64,000 nucleotides of DNA from a virus. Lineage: Duplodnaviria; Caudoviricetes. The notes beneath the pieces were generated by a model. The model did no database searches and was not told where the DNA came from. It was given only the letters and a program-made list of their open reading frames with translations. Below, piece after piece: positions 10,251-20,049 of the stretch. A program made the position numbers and the translations under genes. How positions within the stretch are numbered: position 1 is the first letter of the stretch; every line of letters starts with the position of its first letter. The stretch lies in the IMG/VR virus record IMGVR_UViG_2663763243_000008, positions 15,814 to 79,813 of that record, one strand, 5' to 3'.

Positions 10251-12157
10251 ACGACACCCTTTTTCGCGCATCTGAACTGAGCAATGCTGATATCATAACC
10301 AACATTATCCATTACATATCGTCGAGGTAGAGAATAACTACTAGAGAAATTTTGTAAATAAGATGGCTTACTGTAACCTTTATTGTTGAAGTCATCGTAG
10401 TAAAATGATCCAATGCCTGATTTTAATGTTATTTGAGATGCTATCTTAAATAAAAAAGATTCTTCCTTATGTAGATCGTTACTCCTTGTCATTACTTTAT
10501 CTTTTTCCTTCTGAAAATTATGTACGAGCAATGAAGGGGGGGCAAATTCTTTTACTTTAGGAAGAGATGTGAATGAATAAAAATAGTTATCAATTTCAGT
10601 TAGCATTTCACTATATAATTTTATTAATTTGCTTTTTTGACCTTTAATACTATCTTGCCGTTTTTTTATTTCATGTCGTACATAACTAGGATAGTCAATC
10701 GCTATTTCATTTATAATCACATCTTTAACAAGACTATATGTTCTATTTCCTGCATTTTTTACCTTTAATAAAGAGAGTGTCAGCGATGTTAACTGCGTCT
10801 CGTTTGAGATAAAGCCCAATAGTCTACGCACTAAGAAAATAATATCTTGCTGTGTGAAGTTGTTAATAGTCTCAATGCAGAACTCTAATATATGTGTACT
10901 TTGGTGTACTAACAGGTACTTTGCTAGTATGCGCGAAAAAATGGTAGTTCCGATATTTTCATCAATCAATGTCAATGTGAATAATTTATTAAGTAAATTA
11001 GGGTAATTTATTACAGTATAGATAAAGCTTTCAATTTTATTACTATCTTCTGATATTGAATTATTTCGCATCATTATAAAAATACAATCAGTTAATAATT
11101 CATGTTTTGATTCATCTTTAGCTAAATGTGACAGTGTGTGGAAAATATTTCCACTTAAGGCATCATTATTAATTGAAGCTTTACAAATACAAGATAACCA
11201 AAGTGAAAAATCACTATGGGAAGCTAATTGTCTTGTTATATATATTTTTAAGGATAGTACCTCTATTAGCTTTTGATTATTCGACTCTAGCAGTTTGCGA
11301 ATAACAATACGAATTTCAGGTAGTTTCACCACACTATCTACGGCAGCTTGAATCGCCGCATCAGATATCTCTGGAATAGGGGACGAAATAGTATTCTTGA
11401 TAACCTTAACTATTTCACTGCTTCTGTATCGATTGCTGCTTTTTTCTACAATCCTACCAAGAATCCATAAGGACTGGGGAGACAGAATATTATTATTTCT
11501 TTCTATGTCGCGGATCAAAATATCAATGGCTGTAGTGTGATTTTGTTTTTCTAGCGAGAACAAAGCAATGTTATAAAGTTGTAGAGTGTCTAGGTGTATA
11601 TTAGAATGAATATTATTGATTATCTCATGGCATTTTTGTGTGGTATTAGACAATTTTTTTTCTAATGATGAGTATATTCCTATATATTGATTTTTTCCTT
11701 TGTAAATAGCGGAAAAGAAATGAAACAGCTTTTGTATATCTATATTTTTTGTATGTTGTATAAACTGATCTGCTAGCGACGTAATTGCATAGGAATTACG
11801 TTCAGTCATGAGTAATGATTGCCATATGTCAAGTTTATCCTCATATAAGCTGAGGAATAAACCAGCAACTGTTGTATTTCCACCTAAAGTTTTTTCCCAT
11901 ATGCTAAACGCAGTCAGTATTATTATATTTTCTTCATTGACACAATCACTACCCATTTCTGAAAAGTAGTGATAGGCAACGTAATTATCTCTATCATCAT
12001 AAGATGAAAAGACTAATTTATCACCATTTAAACAATAACCATCTGATTTCTTGTTGAGAATCAACGAAAGCTCATGCTCTGCAAGTTGATATTCTAGGGC
12101 ATCGATATTTGTCAAAAAAAGTTTATGAGCGATATTTTGAACAATACTATCTTTCAT
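10247..12157 (-). CDS. Large alpha-helical (HEAT/ARM-like) protein, partner of the nuclease
   Basis: 636 aa, AT-rich, amphipathic helices; translationally coupled to the nuclease gene. Confidence 0.65.
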   Translation of the reverse strand: MKDSIVQNIAHKLFLTNIDALEYQLAEHELSLILNKKSDGYCLNGDKLVFSSYDDRDNYVAYHYFSEMGSDCVNEENIIILTAFSIWEKTLGGNTTVAGLFLSLYEDKLDIWQSLLMTERNSYAITSLADQFIQHTKNIDIQKLFHFFSAIYKGKNQYIGIYSSLEKKLSNTTQKCHEIINNIHSNIHLDTLQLYNIALFSLEKQNHTTAIDILIRDIERNNNILSPQSLWILGRIVEKSSNRYRSSEIVKVIKNTISSPIPEISDAAIQAAVDSVVKLPEIRIVIRKLLESNNQKLIEVLSLKIYITRQLASHSDFSLWLSCICKASINNDALSGNIFHTLSHLAKDESKHELLTDCIFIMMRNNSISEDSNKIESFIYTVINYPNLLNKLFTLTLIDENIGTTIFSRILAKYLLVHQSTHILEFCIETINNFTQQDIIFLVRRLLGFISNETQLTSLTLSLLKVKNAGNRTYSLVKDVIINEIAIDYPSYVRHEIKKRQDSIKGQKSKLIKLYSEMLTEIDNYFYSFTSLPKVKEFAPPSLLVHNFQKEKDKVMTRSNDLHKEESFLFKIASQITLKSGIGSFYYDDFNNKGYSKPSYLQNFSSSYSLPRRYVMDNVGYDISIAQFRCAKKGVV

Positions 12158-12488
12158 TCTCCCCCCTTAGTGGAAGGTACTATGCCAAGATTCACTTGTA
12201 TGCTTATAACAGAAAAAGCATTCTGACAAGCTCTATTAAATCAATATCTTTAATTTTAACATCATGCATTGATATGATCTGTGTACTGCAAAAGGAGGAA
12301 CGATACTCAATGTAACGACTCACAAGGGAGATTATCTATCCCCACTCGTGTGGTAAGCCTGCTTCTTGCTTTAACCGACGACAAAATTAATTTTAGTCCA
12401 CCACATCTTTCCATCAGGCAAAGCAACAGTAAATACATTCAAAACCACAATAAAACATGTGCCTTCGTTTTATCTATTTATCAGTCAG

Positions 12489-12833
12489 CTAAATTGCATC
12501 CAACATCAACCTCTTATACCCCAATGTCTGCCAACACTCCGAATCCCCCTGCAAACAGCAACCAGCTTTATCACCTGGCAGCGTATCCCCGCACCGCTTA
12601 CAGCTACTTTTCCTCAATTCGGCAAGTTGTTTATGCAGTTGCCTATTATCCTGGCGGATCAGGCTGGCTAAATACTCGGTCACCTCATAAGGCTGGCGAG
12701 CAATGCGGCGCTGCTCGCATCCCTCCAGCACCATAGCCAATTCCTGTGCATCTAAACGCAGGGTAAGGGTAGTTATACCTAACTCTTTATCACGTTGGCG
12801 CTGAGCGCGTTTACGGTCACTTGCTGTCATCAT
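12489..12833 (-). CDS. RHH-like DNA-binding protein with C-terminal Cys4 motif
   Basis: RKRAQRQR, TLTLRLD strand, two helices, CKRC...C...C; homologous to 34223-34576. Confidence 0.75.
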   Translation of the reverse strand: MMTASDRKRAQRQRDKELGITTLTLRLDAQELAMVLEGCEQRRIARQPYEVTEYLASLIRQDNRQLHKQLAELRKSSCKRCGDTLPGDKAGCCLQGDSECWQTLGYKRLMLDAI

Positions 12834-13060
12834 TTTTTATACCCCTGGCCTTTTTCCGCCAGCCCACGAATTGCTGGGCGGGCCAATATGATCCTCTGGC
12901 AAGCGTGAATCGCTCGGCAGAATTCATCACGCTCACAAGGATGTTCAATCGGAAGCAGTAAATATTGATTCCATGCATCACCCAGCATTTGAGCCACTCG
13001 CTGTTCATCGACTGACAATGTGCAAATGGTGTCGGTGTAATTAATGTTGGTGACTGTCAC
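12830..13060 (-). CDS. Hypothetical phage protein
   Basis: Coupled ORF downstream of gene A. Confidence 0.65.
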   Translation of the reverse strand: MTVTNINYTDTICTLSVDEQRVAQMLGDAWNQYLLLPIEHPCERDEFCRAIHACQRIILARPAIRGLAEKGQGYKK

Positions 13061-15665
13061 TGTTTACTCCCTCTCGTAATTTCGCCACTCGGCTCATTAC
13101 ACTAAATGCCCGCTGGGCGGTGGTTGGTTGGCACTGATACAAACAACAATCCTCTCTTGCCCGCCAGTTCTGGCCGCCGATGGTCAACGTTGCGCCGCAA
13201 GCCAGTGATTGCGCCTGCTGTTTGCTAATGGAAAGCCCGATTGACTCGGCAAAATCACGGATTTTTGTTGTCACTGGTGCCAGTTGTACGGTTTTTTCTT
13301 GCCGCTGGGCGGCCTTTTTGGCTGATACCTGGCGTGATAATTCCTCGGCTGGCGTCAATGGATTGGTTTTAATCGTTGCTACCGGCGTATTTTTAATCCT
13401 GCGCAGCAAGGCCCGGCGTTCTGCATCGGTGATCGCGGTGAAATCGATTATTTTTTCTTCTAATGTTCTGTCTATGGCCTCCTCCGGTTCGCATATTTTT
13501 TGCTCTACCGGAGAGTTATTGACAGAACTCCAAGGGACGGCGGGGCCGTCCTGAAAAACATCAAACCCCACGGCAACAGCGGGTTTCACCTTTTGGCGGG
13601 CGACAATTTTCCAAGTTTTTAGGCGAGTACAGATGCGCGACGCCTCGCCCAAAAGCGGGGAATAGATACCGAAAATCTTCTCGGTGATTTCGCCGTAGGC
13701 GTTGGGCTGTTCATTGTCCTGATAGGCAATGCGTACGGTATATTCTTCGCGGGGAATTAAGACGCCACCCTGCTGCATGATGTAGGTAGCAAAACAACTG
13801 ACATCAGCCGCCGACATAACCGCATCCATTGCCGGATCAAGTAATAGCTTTTTCCCTCGCATGGCGGCTACTTTCGCTGCAATGTCTGCGGGGTCGGTTT
13901 TTTTATCTATCAGGCGCTGTATGGCTAACTTAAATTCATCTGACTTAATCAGATCATTGAGTAGCTGGTTATTCAGCTTGCGCAGCTCCCGCCAGACAGT
14001 CACCGGCGGCGTGCCTATGGGCTGATATTGGCGGATACGGTGACGAGATGCCCAGGCCATAGCAAAACGAGCCGTTTCTTTCAGCGGTTTGCCAGTTTCA
14101 TGGTCTAGTTCACCGTCCAGTGCGTAACCATCAATATTTTTACTGATGTATTTAGCGATATAGGCGGTAGCGCTGCCTTTCTTTGGATCCAGCCGTTTAG
14201 CAGTAAATCGGGCGCTAGTGCGCTTACCTAATTCGGCGCGATCAGTTTTGACGGCATAGGCGCGCATAATCTCAGTGATTGCGCGGCGCTCTTCCGGTTT
14301 CATGAATAATAGTAAGTGCCAGTGCGGCGTGCCGTCATGATGTGGCTCGGCTACGCGAAAACCGTAGACGCGCAGTTCTTCTCGGCCCAACTTGGATCCG
14401 ATGTTGGCCCACAGCTTGGTGAGATAGGCTTGTGCCTGTGGTGGGGTGCTGTGATTCCACTTGGGGTTGGCATGGCCGCTTTGGTTGTTGGCGTGGTATT
14501 TAGATGGGCAAGTGATGGTGTAAAATACCCCAACATCACCACGCGACTGCGCAACCAGTTCGATCCCTTTCATGCGTGCCATTAGCTCATGGCGGCGAAT
14601 AGTCGGATTGCTGATACTGGCATCCACCATTGCCTCTAAAGAAACAGTGTTGCCCTCATCATCAACTAATTCATGTCGTTTAAAAAATTCACGGTTCCGG
14701 CGTTTTTGCTCTATCCAGTCGGCCAATGCCTCTTTACTGACATAAGGTGCGGCGCGTTTATGGATCATTCCTGCGGCGCGCAACTGGCTTTCTCGCCAGT
14801 CATTACGCAGTCGCCACAATTTACGCTCCCACCAGTCGGGATTAATCAATCGGGCAATAGCGGAGTAAAAGGTGGCGCGGTCTACGGGTTTATCTTGGTG
14901 GCCGGGCTTCGGCCCCAATTCACGCCAGTGCGACGGCCTGACGCGCAAAGACCACACTTCAAGCGCAATATTGCGATAAATGGTTAATAACTCGGCATCA
15001 GATAAATTGCGGGTTTCTTCTGTGGGTGTGGATACCTCAGTGCAAAACATTTCATTAATACGGCCAGCAATATCATTTGCCAGCGACTTAACCCGGCGCT
15101 TATTTAGCTCGGCAAGGTGGCTGTAAATTCCCTGAAAATAAGCCATTAACTCAGATTTACGGCCCTTGCTCACACCCTGATATTCGCGCACAGCATCTAG
15201 ACGTAACAATGCATTCTTGCCGGTGCCGGTTAAGAATGCATTGGTATGTTTATCGCCATGATTTTCACGTAACCATCTAATTTTATTTTGAAAGTGAGAC
15301 TTAATAAAAATAGGCTGCTCGTCAATACGGGATTCTATGCCTTGCGGTGAATCCGTCCATTGTTGCTTATCGCGCAAATATATCTCGCGCTCCAGCTCGG
15401 CGTGCTCCCTACGCATTTTAAGTAAGGTTTGATTCGGCTCCCGTAATTCGGTAAAGCCCAGCGCATTCAGGCGTTTTACGTAACGGATAACCAGCGGATG
15501 TGATTTAGGTTTTACCACTACAGCAACCGGCGCTAAAGGTTGATAACCACCAATCGCGGGGCGCGGAGCATTCCATGAGTGATCCCATTCAAAAGAAACA
15601 TCACCGCCGCCTGGATAAGGCAGCGGTGGCGCTGGGATGATGCGGTCACGGGCATGCTCAGTCAT
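13041..15665 (-). CDS. A: P2 gpA rolling-circle replication initiator
   Basis: FYTITCPSKYH, EPHHDGTPHWH (HUH), YIAKYISKNIDG; start MTEH at 15665. Confidence 0.95.
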   Translation of the reverse strand: MTEHARDRIIPAPPLPYPGGGDVSFEWDHSWNAPRPAIGGYQPLAPVAVVVKPKSHPLVIRYVKRLNALGFTELREPNQTLLKMRREHAELEREIYLRDKQQWTDSPQGIESRIDEQPIFIKSHFQNKIRWLRENHGDKHTNAFLTGTGKNALLRLDAVREYQGVSKGRKSELMAYFQGIYSHLAELNKRRVKSLANDIAGRINEMFCTEVSTPTEETRNLSDAELLTIYRNIALEVWSLRVRPSHWRELGPKPGHQDKPVDRATFYSAIARLINPDWWERKLWRLRNDWRESQLRAAGMIHKRAAPYVSKEALADWIEQKRRNREFFKRHELVDDEGNTVSLEAMVDASISNPTIRRHELMARMKGIELVAQSRGDVGVFYTITCPSKYHANNQSGHANPKWNHSTPPQAQAYLTKLWANIGSKLGREELRVYGFRVAEPHHDGTPHWHLLLFMKPEERRAITEIMRAYAVKTDRAELGKRTSARFTAKRLDPKKGSATAYIAKYISKNIDGYALDGELDHETGKPLKETARFAMAWASRHRIRQYQPIGTPPVTVWRELRKLNNQLLNDLIKSDEFKLAIQRLIDKKTDPADIAAKVAAMRGKKLLLDPAMDAVMSAADVSCFATYIMQQGGVLIPREEYTVRIAYQDNEQPNAYGEITEKIFGIYSPLLGEASRICTRLKTWKIVARQKVKPAVAVGFDVFQDGPAVPWSSVNNSPVEQKICEPEEAIDRTLEEKIIDFTAITDAERRALLRRIKNTPVATIKTNPLTPAEELSRQVSAKKAAQRQEKTVQLAPVTTKIRDFAESIGLSISKQQAQSLACGATLTIGGQNWRAREDCCLYQCQPTTAQRAFSVMSRVAKLREGVNSDSHQH

Positions 15666-16497
15666 GTAATTGCGCCGGAATTGTCGCAATAATTTCTCCG
15701 ATACTTTTTCTGCCATCACTTTTACAACTGATAGAGCGTGGAGCCGTAATAGAGTGGAGGGTGAAACGGCTATAGAGGTCGCGACTGATAGAGGTATTGC
15801 TATTGGAGGCAACAACATGACAGCCATTTTCAGCAGCCCTTGCCAGTAGGCGGGCTAAACGAAATTGCTGATCAGCGCTAAAACCATCGGTGTGATAATG
15901 GGTAAAGTCAGCAGTGCTGGATACCGGGATATAAGGCGGATCGCAATAAATCACATCACCCGCAACAGCCATTTCCAGTGTTTCGGAGAAATCACAACAT
16001 AAGAAAGTCGCTTTCTTGGCTTTTTCAGCAAAGAAACGGATCTCTGCTTCGGGGAAATAAGGTGTTTTGTATTTGCCATAGGGGACGTTAAATCGCCCTT
16101 GTTGGTTATAGCGACAAATACCATTAAAACAATGGCGATTTAGATAAAGGAAGATTGCTGCTCTGGATATATCATCACGGTTTCGTGCATTAAATATTTT
16201 GCGGAAAATATAATATTGTTCGTCGGAATTAGCCGTAAGAAACAGTGAGGAAGCCACATTGATTAAGTCGCTCGTTTCTCTTTTCGCTATCTCATAGAAG
16301 TTAATCAGATCATCATTGATATCTGTTATCAGATATTCATCATAATCCGTATTCAGCATAACAGAACAGGAACCAGCAAACGGTTCTACCAATCGTTTAC
16401 CAGTTGGCAAATGTTGAAGTAAGGTTGGCATAATACGAGCCTTTGAACCGACCCACTTCAGCGGAGAGCGATTTATTGTCATTAGCCGCTTACTCAT
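15658..16497 (-). CDS. dam: Dam-family DNA adenine methyltransferase
   Basis: LKWVGSK, EPFAGS, FNVPYG, YCDPPY. Confidence 0.93.
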   Translation of the reverse strand: MSKRLMTINRSPLKWVGSKARIMPTLLQHLPTGKRLVEPFAGSCSVMLNTDYDEYLITDINDDLINFYEIAKRETSDLINVASSLFLTANSDEQYYIFRKIFNARNRDDISRAAIFLYLNRHCFNGICRYNQQGRFNVPYGKYKTPYFPEAEIRFFAEKAKKATFLCCDFSETLEMAVAGDVIYCDPPYIPVSSTADFTHYHTDGFSADQQFRLARLLARAAENGCHVVASNSNTSISRDLYSRFTLHSITAPRSISCKSDGRKSIGEIIATIPAQLHD

Positions 16498-16687
16498 TTA
16501 TTTGATTTTGGATTTTATCTGATTCCTGGCGCAGTAATTCCACCGATTCTTTAACGCATAAAGCACGAGCAATAATGACATTTGCCAGATTTTCCAGAAG
16601 CGCAGAGGTCAGTATTGCTTGTTTCCTACGTTCATTTATCAGGGCATCATTGAGTAAATCAGCATTTTTAATTTTCTTACTCGGCAT
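16490..16687 (-). CDS. P2 early small protein (DUF2732-like)
   Basis: ESVELLRQES motif; synteny. Confidence 0.65.
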   Translation of the reverse strand: MPSKKIKNADLLNDALINERRKQAILTSALLENLANVIIARALCVKESVELLRQESDKIQNQINE

Positions 16688-16769
16688 ATTCGAATCCTTA
16701 ACTTTAGATAATAGGAATCCCGACGCGATAAATGCGCCATATTTAATAATCCGCTAAAACGTTATTTCT

Positions 16770-17075
16770 TTATAACAAGTCTTTAGGAATTGAATTCAAA
16801 TCAACCCATAAATCCAACGCTGCTTTACGCACCGCTTTTCTTTCGTGATATTCCAACTCCCGAAATTTTCTTTCGTGGCTGTCTTTCTTTATCCCTGCGG
16901 CATAATAAATAATACCTTTAGTCTTACCCCTGCTTAATGACTCCAAACGTCGCTCAAACTCTTCATCTGGATCTTTTTTAAACAGTTCCTTTATGCGGTC
17001 TAAATGCCGTAAACCTACTTTTTGATTCCATTCCTGCATTGAAAGTGGTGATTCATCGGTATTTATTTGCCCCAT
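16770..17075 (-). CDS. P2 gpB-like early protein
   Basis: Position in early operon; start uncertain (17075 or 17099). Confidence 0.55.
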   Translation of the reverse strand: MGQINTDESPLSMQEWNQKVGLRHLDRIKELFKKDPDEEFERRLESLSRGKTKGIIYYAAGIKKDSHERKFRELEYHERKAVRKAALDLWVDLNSIPKDLL

Positions 17076-17115
17076 TATTCGCACCTCACGGGAGTACAAT
17101 TAATACGGTTTAAAC

Positions 17116-17271
17116 TTACAGACGCGCTTTGCGTGCTACTTCTTCTTTCTTGATACTGGTGCGGTGGCGGTGATCACGAATTGCGGCGCGGACAGACAAA
17201 ACAGCAATCCAAATAAGCACGGTCAGCAAGATTAATGCGCCTCCGGTCAATTCAATTAGTTGCCCTGGCAT
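17116..17271 (-). CDS. Small single-TM protein, 51 aa (not in ORF track)
   Basis: MPGQLIELTGGALILLTVLIWIAVLSVRAAIRDHRHRTSIKKEEVARKARL, fills the gap in the operon. Confidence 0.65.
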   Translation of the reverse strand: MPGQLIELTGGALILLTVLIWIAVLSVRAAIRDHRHRTSIKKEEVARKARL

Positions 17272-17570
17272 GCTGGCACCTCTTCGTTGAAAAGTTGAGG
17301 TATCACGCCTGACTCACGGAACTGCTGCGTTACGGCATTCAGTTGATGGAAAGTGACTAATTCGTTTTCACCTAACTGCCACGCTATGGCGGTAATCATG
17401 CTCAAGCCTGCCAATGTGCTGCTAGTAATGGTTTTTTTTTCACGGGCATGGAGGTTTGATTTAAGGGAAAAGACACCATTTTTCTCTATTGCACGTCGGG
17501 TTAACTCTCCCATATCGGTCATATGAGTTCGCAGTATGGCGTTAGCTATCTGTAGGCAAGGTGATTTCAT
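17256..17570 (-). CDS. Hypothetical phage protein
   Basis: Coupled ORF in early operon. Confidence 0.65.
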   Translation of the reverse strand: MKSPCLQIANAILRTHMTDMGELTRRAIEKNGVFSLKSNLHAREKKTITSSTLAGLSMITAIAWQLGENELVTFHQLNAVTQQFRESGVIPQLFNEEVPACQGN

Positions 17571-17773
17571 GCCGCTACTCCCGTCTCACGTTCGGTATGC
17601 AACTGATCGATAAAGCCCGTTGCGAGGCCCTGAGCATCAAATAAGCCGAAAGACTGCTCACCCAAGAAAACTTCATAACGGTTAAGTAAGTTAATGGTCG
17701 TTCTGCGGCGAAAATTAATCACGAACCCGCGATAAAACCATGCATTACGGCTGATAACACTTAAGGCATGCAT
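17567..17773 (-). CDS. Hypothetical phage protein (DUF4761-like)
   Basis: ISRNAWFYRGFVI...FGLFDA; early operon. Confidence 0.6.
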   Translation of the reverse strand: MHALSVISRNAWFYRGFVINFRRRTTINLLNRYEVFLGEQSFGLFDAQGLATGFIDQLHTERETGVAA

Positions 17774-17784
17774 TATATTTTCCC

Positions 17785-17988
17785 CTAACTATTGGCTATA
17801 GCATCTTTCAACATAGCGACCAAGTTAACTTCAACCTTGTCACCGGCTTTAATTTTCGGACGAATAATAATCCGGCCATCGCGCACCATTCCCCGGCAGG
17901 TAGCGAACGGGATACCAGTCATTACGGCATATTCTTTCAGAGAGACATAGCCCGTGGGTACGGTGATATTAATGGTGACATTACCCAT
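17785..17988 (-). CDS. Cox/Apl-like excisionase-repressor
   Basis: YVSLKEYAVMTGIP...GRIIIRPK...VEVNLVAM. Confidence 0.8.
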   Translation of the reverse strand: MGNVTINITVPTGYVSLKEYAVMTGIPFATCRGMVRDGRIIIRPKIKAGDKVEVNLVAMLKDAIANS

Positions 17989-18000
17989 AATTTCCCCTTA

Positions 18001-18192
18001 TCAATCAGCCTGAATAGCAGCGATCCCACGCAAGTAAACCAGGCGGGCCATACTGGAAATTGAACGACTTTCTTTTGCTGCAAGTGCTTCTAATTCAGAG
18101 CGTTCACCATCAGATAAACGCATGGGGGTAGGATTTTTTGAGGCGATTCCTTTCGGTAATCGCGAGCGTTGATCATGTTCGACTTGTTTCAT
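18001..18192 (-). CDS. Small RHH-type regulator (Cro-like role)
   Basis: TPMRLSDGERSELEALAAKESRSISSMARL; divergent from repressor. Confidence 0.7.
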   Translation of the reverse strand: MKQVEHDQRSRLPKGIASKNPTPMRLSDGERSELEALAAKESRSISSMARLVYLRGIAAIQAD

Positions 18193-18252
18193 AATGGTAT
18201 ATTGTGATCCACTAAGTTCCTGTACAACACAATTTAAGGAAGTATTGTTCCC

Positions 18253-18621
18253 ATGCCAAACAAAAAAGAGGAATTATTATTCCTTATTGGCGCACGACTG
18301 CGTGAAGAAAGGGAAAAAACGGGTGAAAGCCAAGAGGCTATGGCGACAAATTTTGGTGTTTCAACCAGAACTTGGGGCAAATATGAGAGAGGGGAAACCG
18401 TACCTGATGCTGCCACACTCGCATTGCTGAATGCTCAGTATGGTTTAGACGTCATGTATATACTGACTGGGAAACGAACCCCTCCAGATATCATCTCTAC
18501 AGAAGAGCTGAAACTAGTAGAGAATTACCGAGCAATGGATGACTCGGCAAGGCTAAATATACAGGCGGTTGGCGATGCGTTCGCTCAATCGAAGCCGAAT
18601 AAATTAGCTAACAATAAATAG
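18253..18621 (+). CDS. Immunity repressor, XRE HTH
   Basis: IGARLREEREK...WGKYERGETVPDA...DVMYILTG. Confidence 0.88.
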   Translation: MPNKKEELLFLIGARLREEREKTGESQEAMATNFGVSTRTWGKYERGETVPDAATLALLNAQYGLDVMYILTGKRTPPDIISTEELKLVENYRAMDDSARLNIQAVGDAFAQSKPNKLANNK

Positions 18622-18661
18622 TGAATAAGCATTATTTTTACGAATATGGAGATTTTTTATA

Positions 18662-19201
18662 ATGAATCTAATCAATAAGTTAATTTTTGCATCCACTGTG
18701 ATTTTTTCCAGCGTTGTCTATGCCGATGGCCCTACAAAATTCTCATCTGTTCCAGATATGGTTCAACAGTTTAATGATTTTTCTACTGACAATGGCACTT
18801 TTAAAGTAATTTCAAAAAAACCTCTTCATATCCAATTATCTCCAGAAGTATTTCCGAATGATCTAAAAATAGTGATTTCTGAACAAACAGAAAGAGCAGC
18901 GATCTATGGCATATATCGTAGCTTCATTCACACGGGTGTAGATAAAATCACCGTAACTGCCATACCTAAAATTTATAGTAAAAATGATTATTTGATTGCA
19001 GATAAAGTGACTATTACAAAAACTCGAGCGCAAGCATTAAAAGATATTCAGAAATTTATACCCGTTACTGATTTTTCTGAACTCACTATATCTGATGAGT
19101 ATGGACATGATGAGACGTCTAAAGAATACAAGCAGATTTATTATAATGATCAGGGTGGAGTTGGCCTCGATACATTTTTCAAATATATTACTAATAACTA
19201 A
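18662..19201 (+). CDS. Secreted/periplasmic cargo protein
   Basis: Signal peptide (...SSVVYA-D); AT-rich; in the C-int transcript. Confidence 0.7.
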   Translation: MNLINKLIFASTVIFSSVVYADGPTKFSSVPDMVQQFNDFSTDNGTFKVISKKPLHIQLSPEVFPNDLKIVISEQTERAAIYGIYRSFIHTGVDKITVTAIPKIYSKNDYLIADKVTITKTRAQALKDIQKFIPVTDFSELTISDEYGHDETSKEYKQIYYNDQGGVGLDTFFKYITNN

Positions 19202-19225
19202 TACAGAAAATATCTGGGAGCTACC

Positions 19226-20023
19226 ATGAGCGAAGAAAATAAAATTAGAGATGCCGCAGATGCAGTAGCTGGTATTGTTAAAGCTGTTCCAGTATATCAG
19301 GATGTTCTGCAACCAGCAGCTCAGGAGGTTGGCTCAGCACTACAGACGGTAGCTAAAACGATACATATCGTATTAGCACCAGTGAGTGCTATGGTCTGGG
19401 GATACGATAAAATCAAAGACTTTATATCTACTAAAGTTGCAGAAAAATTAAAGGATGTACCACCTGCAAATTTAATATCACCAAAACCTAATGTGGCAGG
19501 GCCAGCTTTAGAAGCATTAAAATATATAGGTCACGATGAAAGTTTAAGTAATCTTTATGCGAATTTATTAGCTTCCTCAATGAATAAAGATACTGCCAAT
19601 TCTGCGCATCCTTCATTCGTTGACATCATTAAACAGTTAACTTCTGATGAAGCAAAACTGTTAAATTACTTTTTGCTTGACCAAGCACTCCCATTACTTA
19701 GTGGGAATTTTAAATTAAAAAATGGAGGCGAAATTTCTTACCAAAAAAACTTCTCATTATTTGGTGAAAAAGCCGGAATTGATATTTTAAAAAATATAAA
19801 TAGTTATATTGACAACCTATGCCGCTTGGGTATTTGTGTAATTCCCATAGACCGTGAGTACACAGATAAAAGTATTTATAAAGAAACACTTGACTCTCCA
19901 TTTTTTATAAAATCCATTGATGATTCGACTGGAAGATTTGAATCAAAAATAAGCATTGAATACAAATCATTAGAAATAACTGATTTTGGGAAGCAATTTT
20001 TAGATACTTGTGTGAAAGATTAA
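19226..20023 (+). CDS. DUF4393/Abi-alpha family protein
   Basis: VYQDVLQPAAQEVG, PKPNVAGPALE, LYANLLASSM, HPSFVDIIKQL, IDNLCRLG, TDFGKQFLDTC. Confidence 0.8.
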   Translation: MSEENKIRDAADAVAGIVKAVPVYQDVLQPAAQEVGSALQTVAKTIHIVLAPVSAMVWGYDKIKDFISTKVAEKLKDVPPANLISPKPNVAGPALEALKYIGHDESLSNLYANLLASSMNKDTANSAHPSFVDIIKQLTSDEAKLLNYFLLDQALPLLSGNFKLKNGGEISYQKNFSLFGEKAGIDILKNINSYIDNLCRLGICVIPIDREYTDKSIYKETLDSPFFIKSIDDSTGRFESKISIEYKSLEITDFGKQFLDTCVKD

Positions 20024-20049
20024 TAATATGAAACAGGGAGGCTTTATAG

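Noticed and set aside
12109-12736. + strand ORFs between the defence operon and the RHH gene
   Set aside because: They overlap promoter or antisense regions and show no protein-like features
13050-13060. GTGACTGTCAC as another palindrome-family site
   Set aside because: 1-bp spacer, and explained by overlapping start and stop coding; not counted
15666-15827. Long N-terminal extensions of gpA (also gpO 4204-4353 and cI 27502-27570)
   Set aside because: They overlap dam, promoters or operators; internal starts fit the families better
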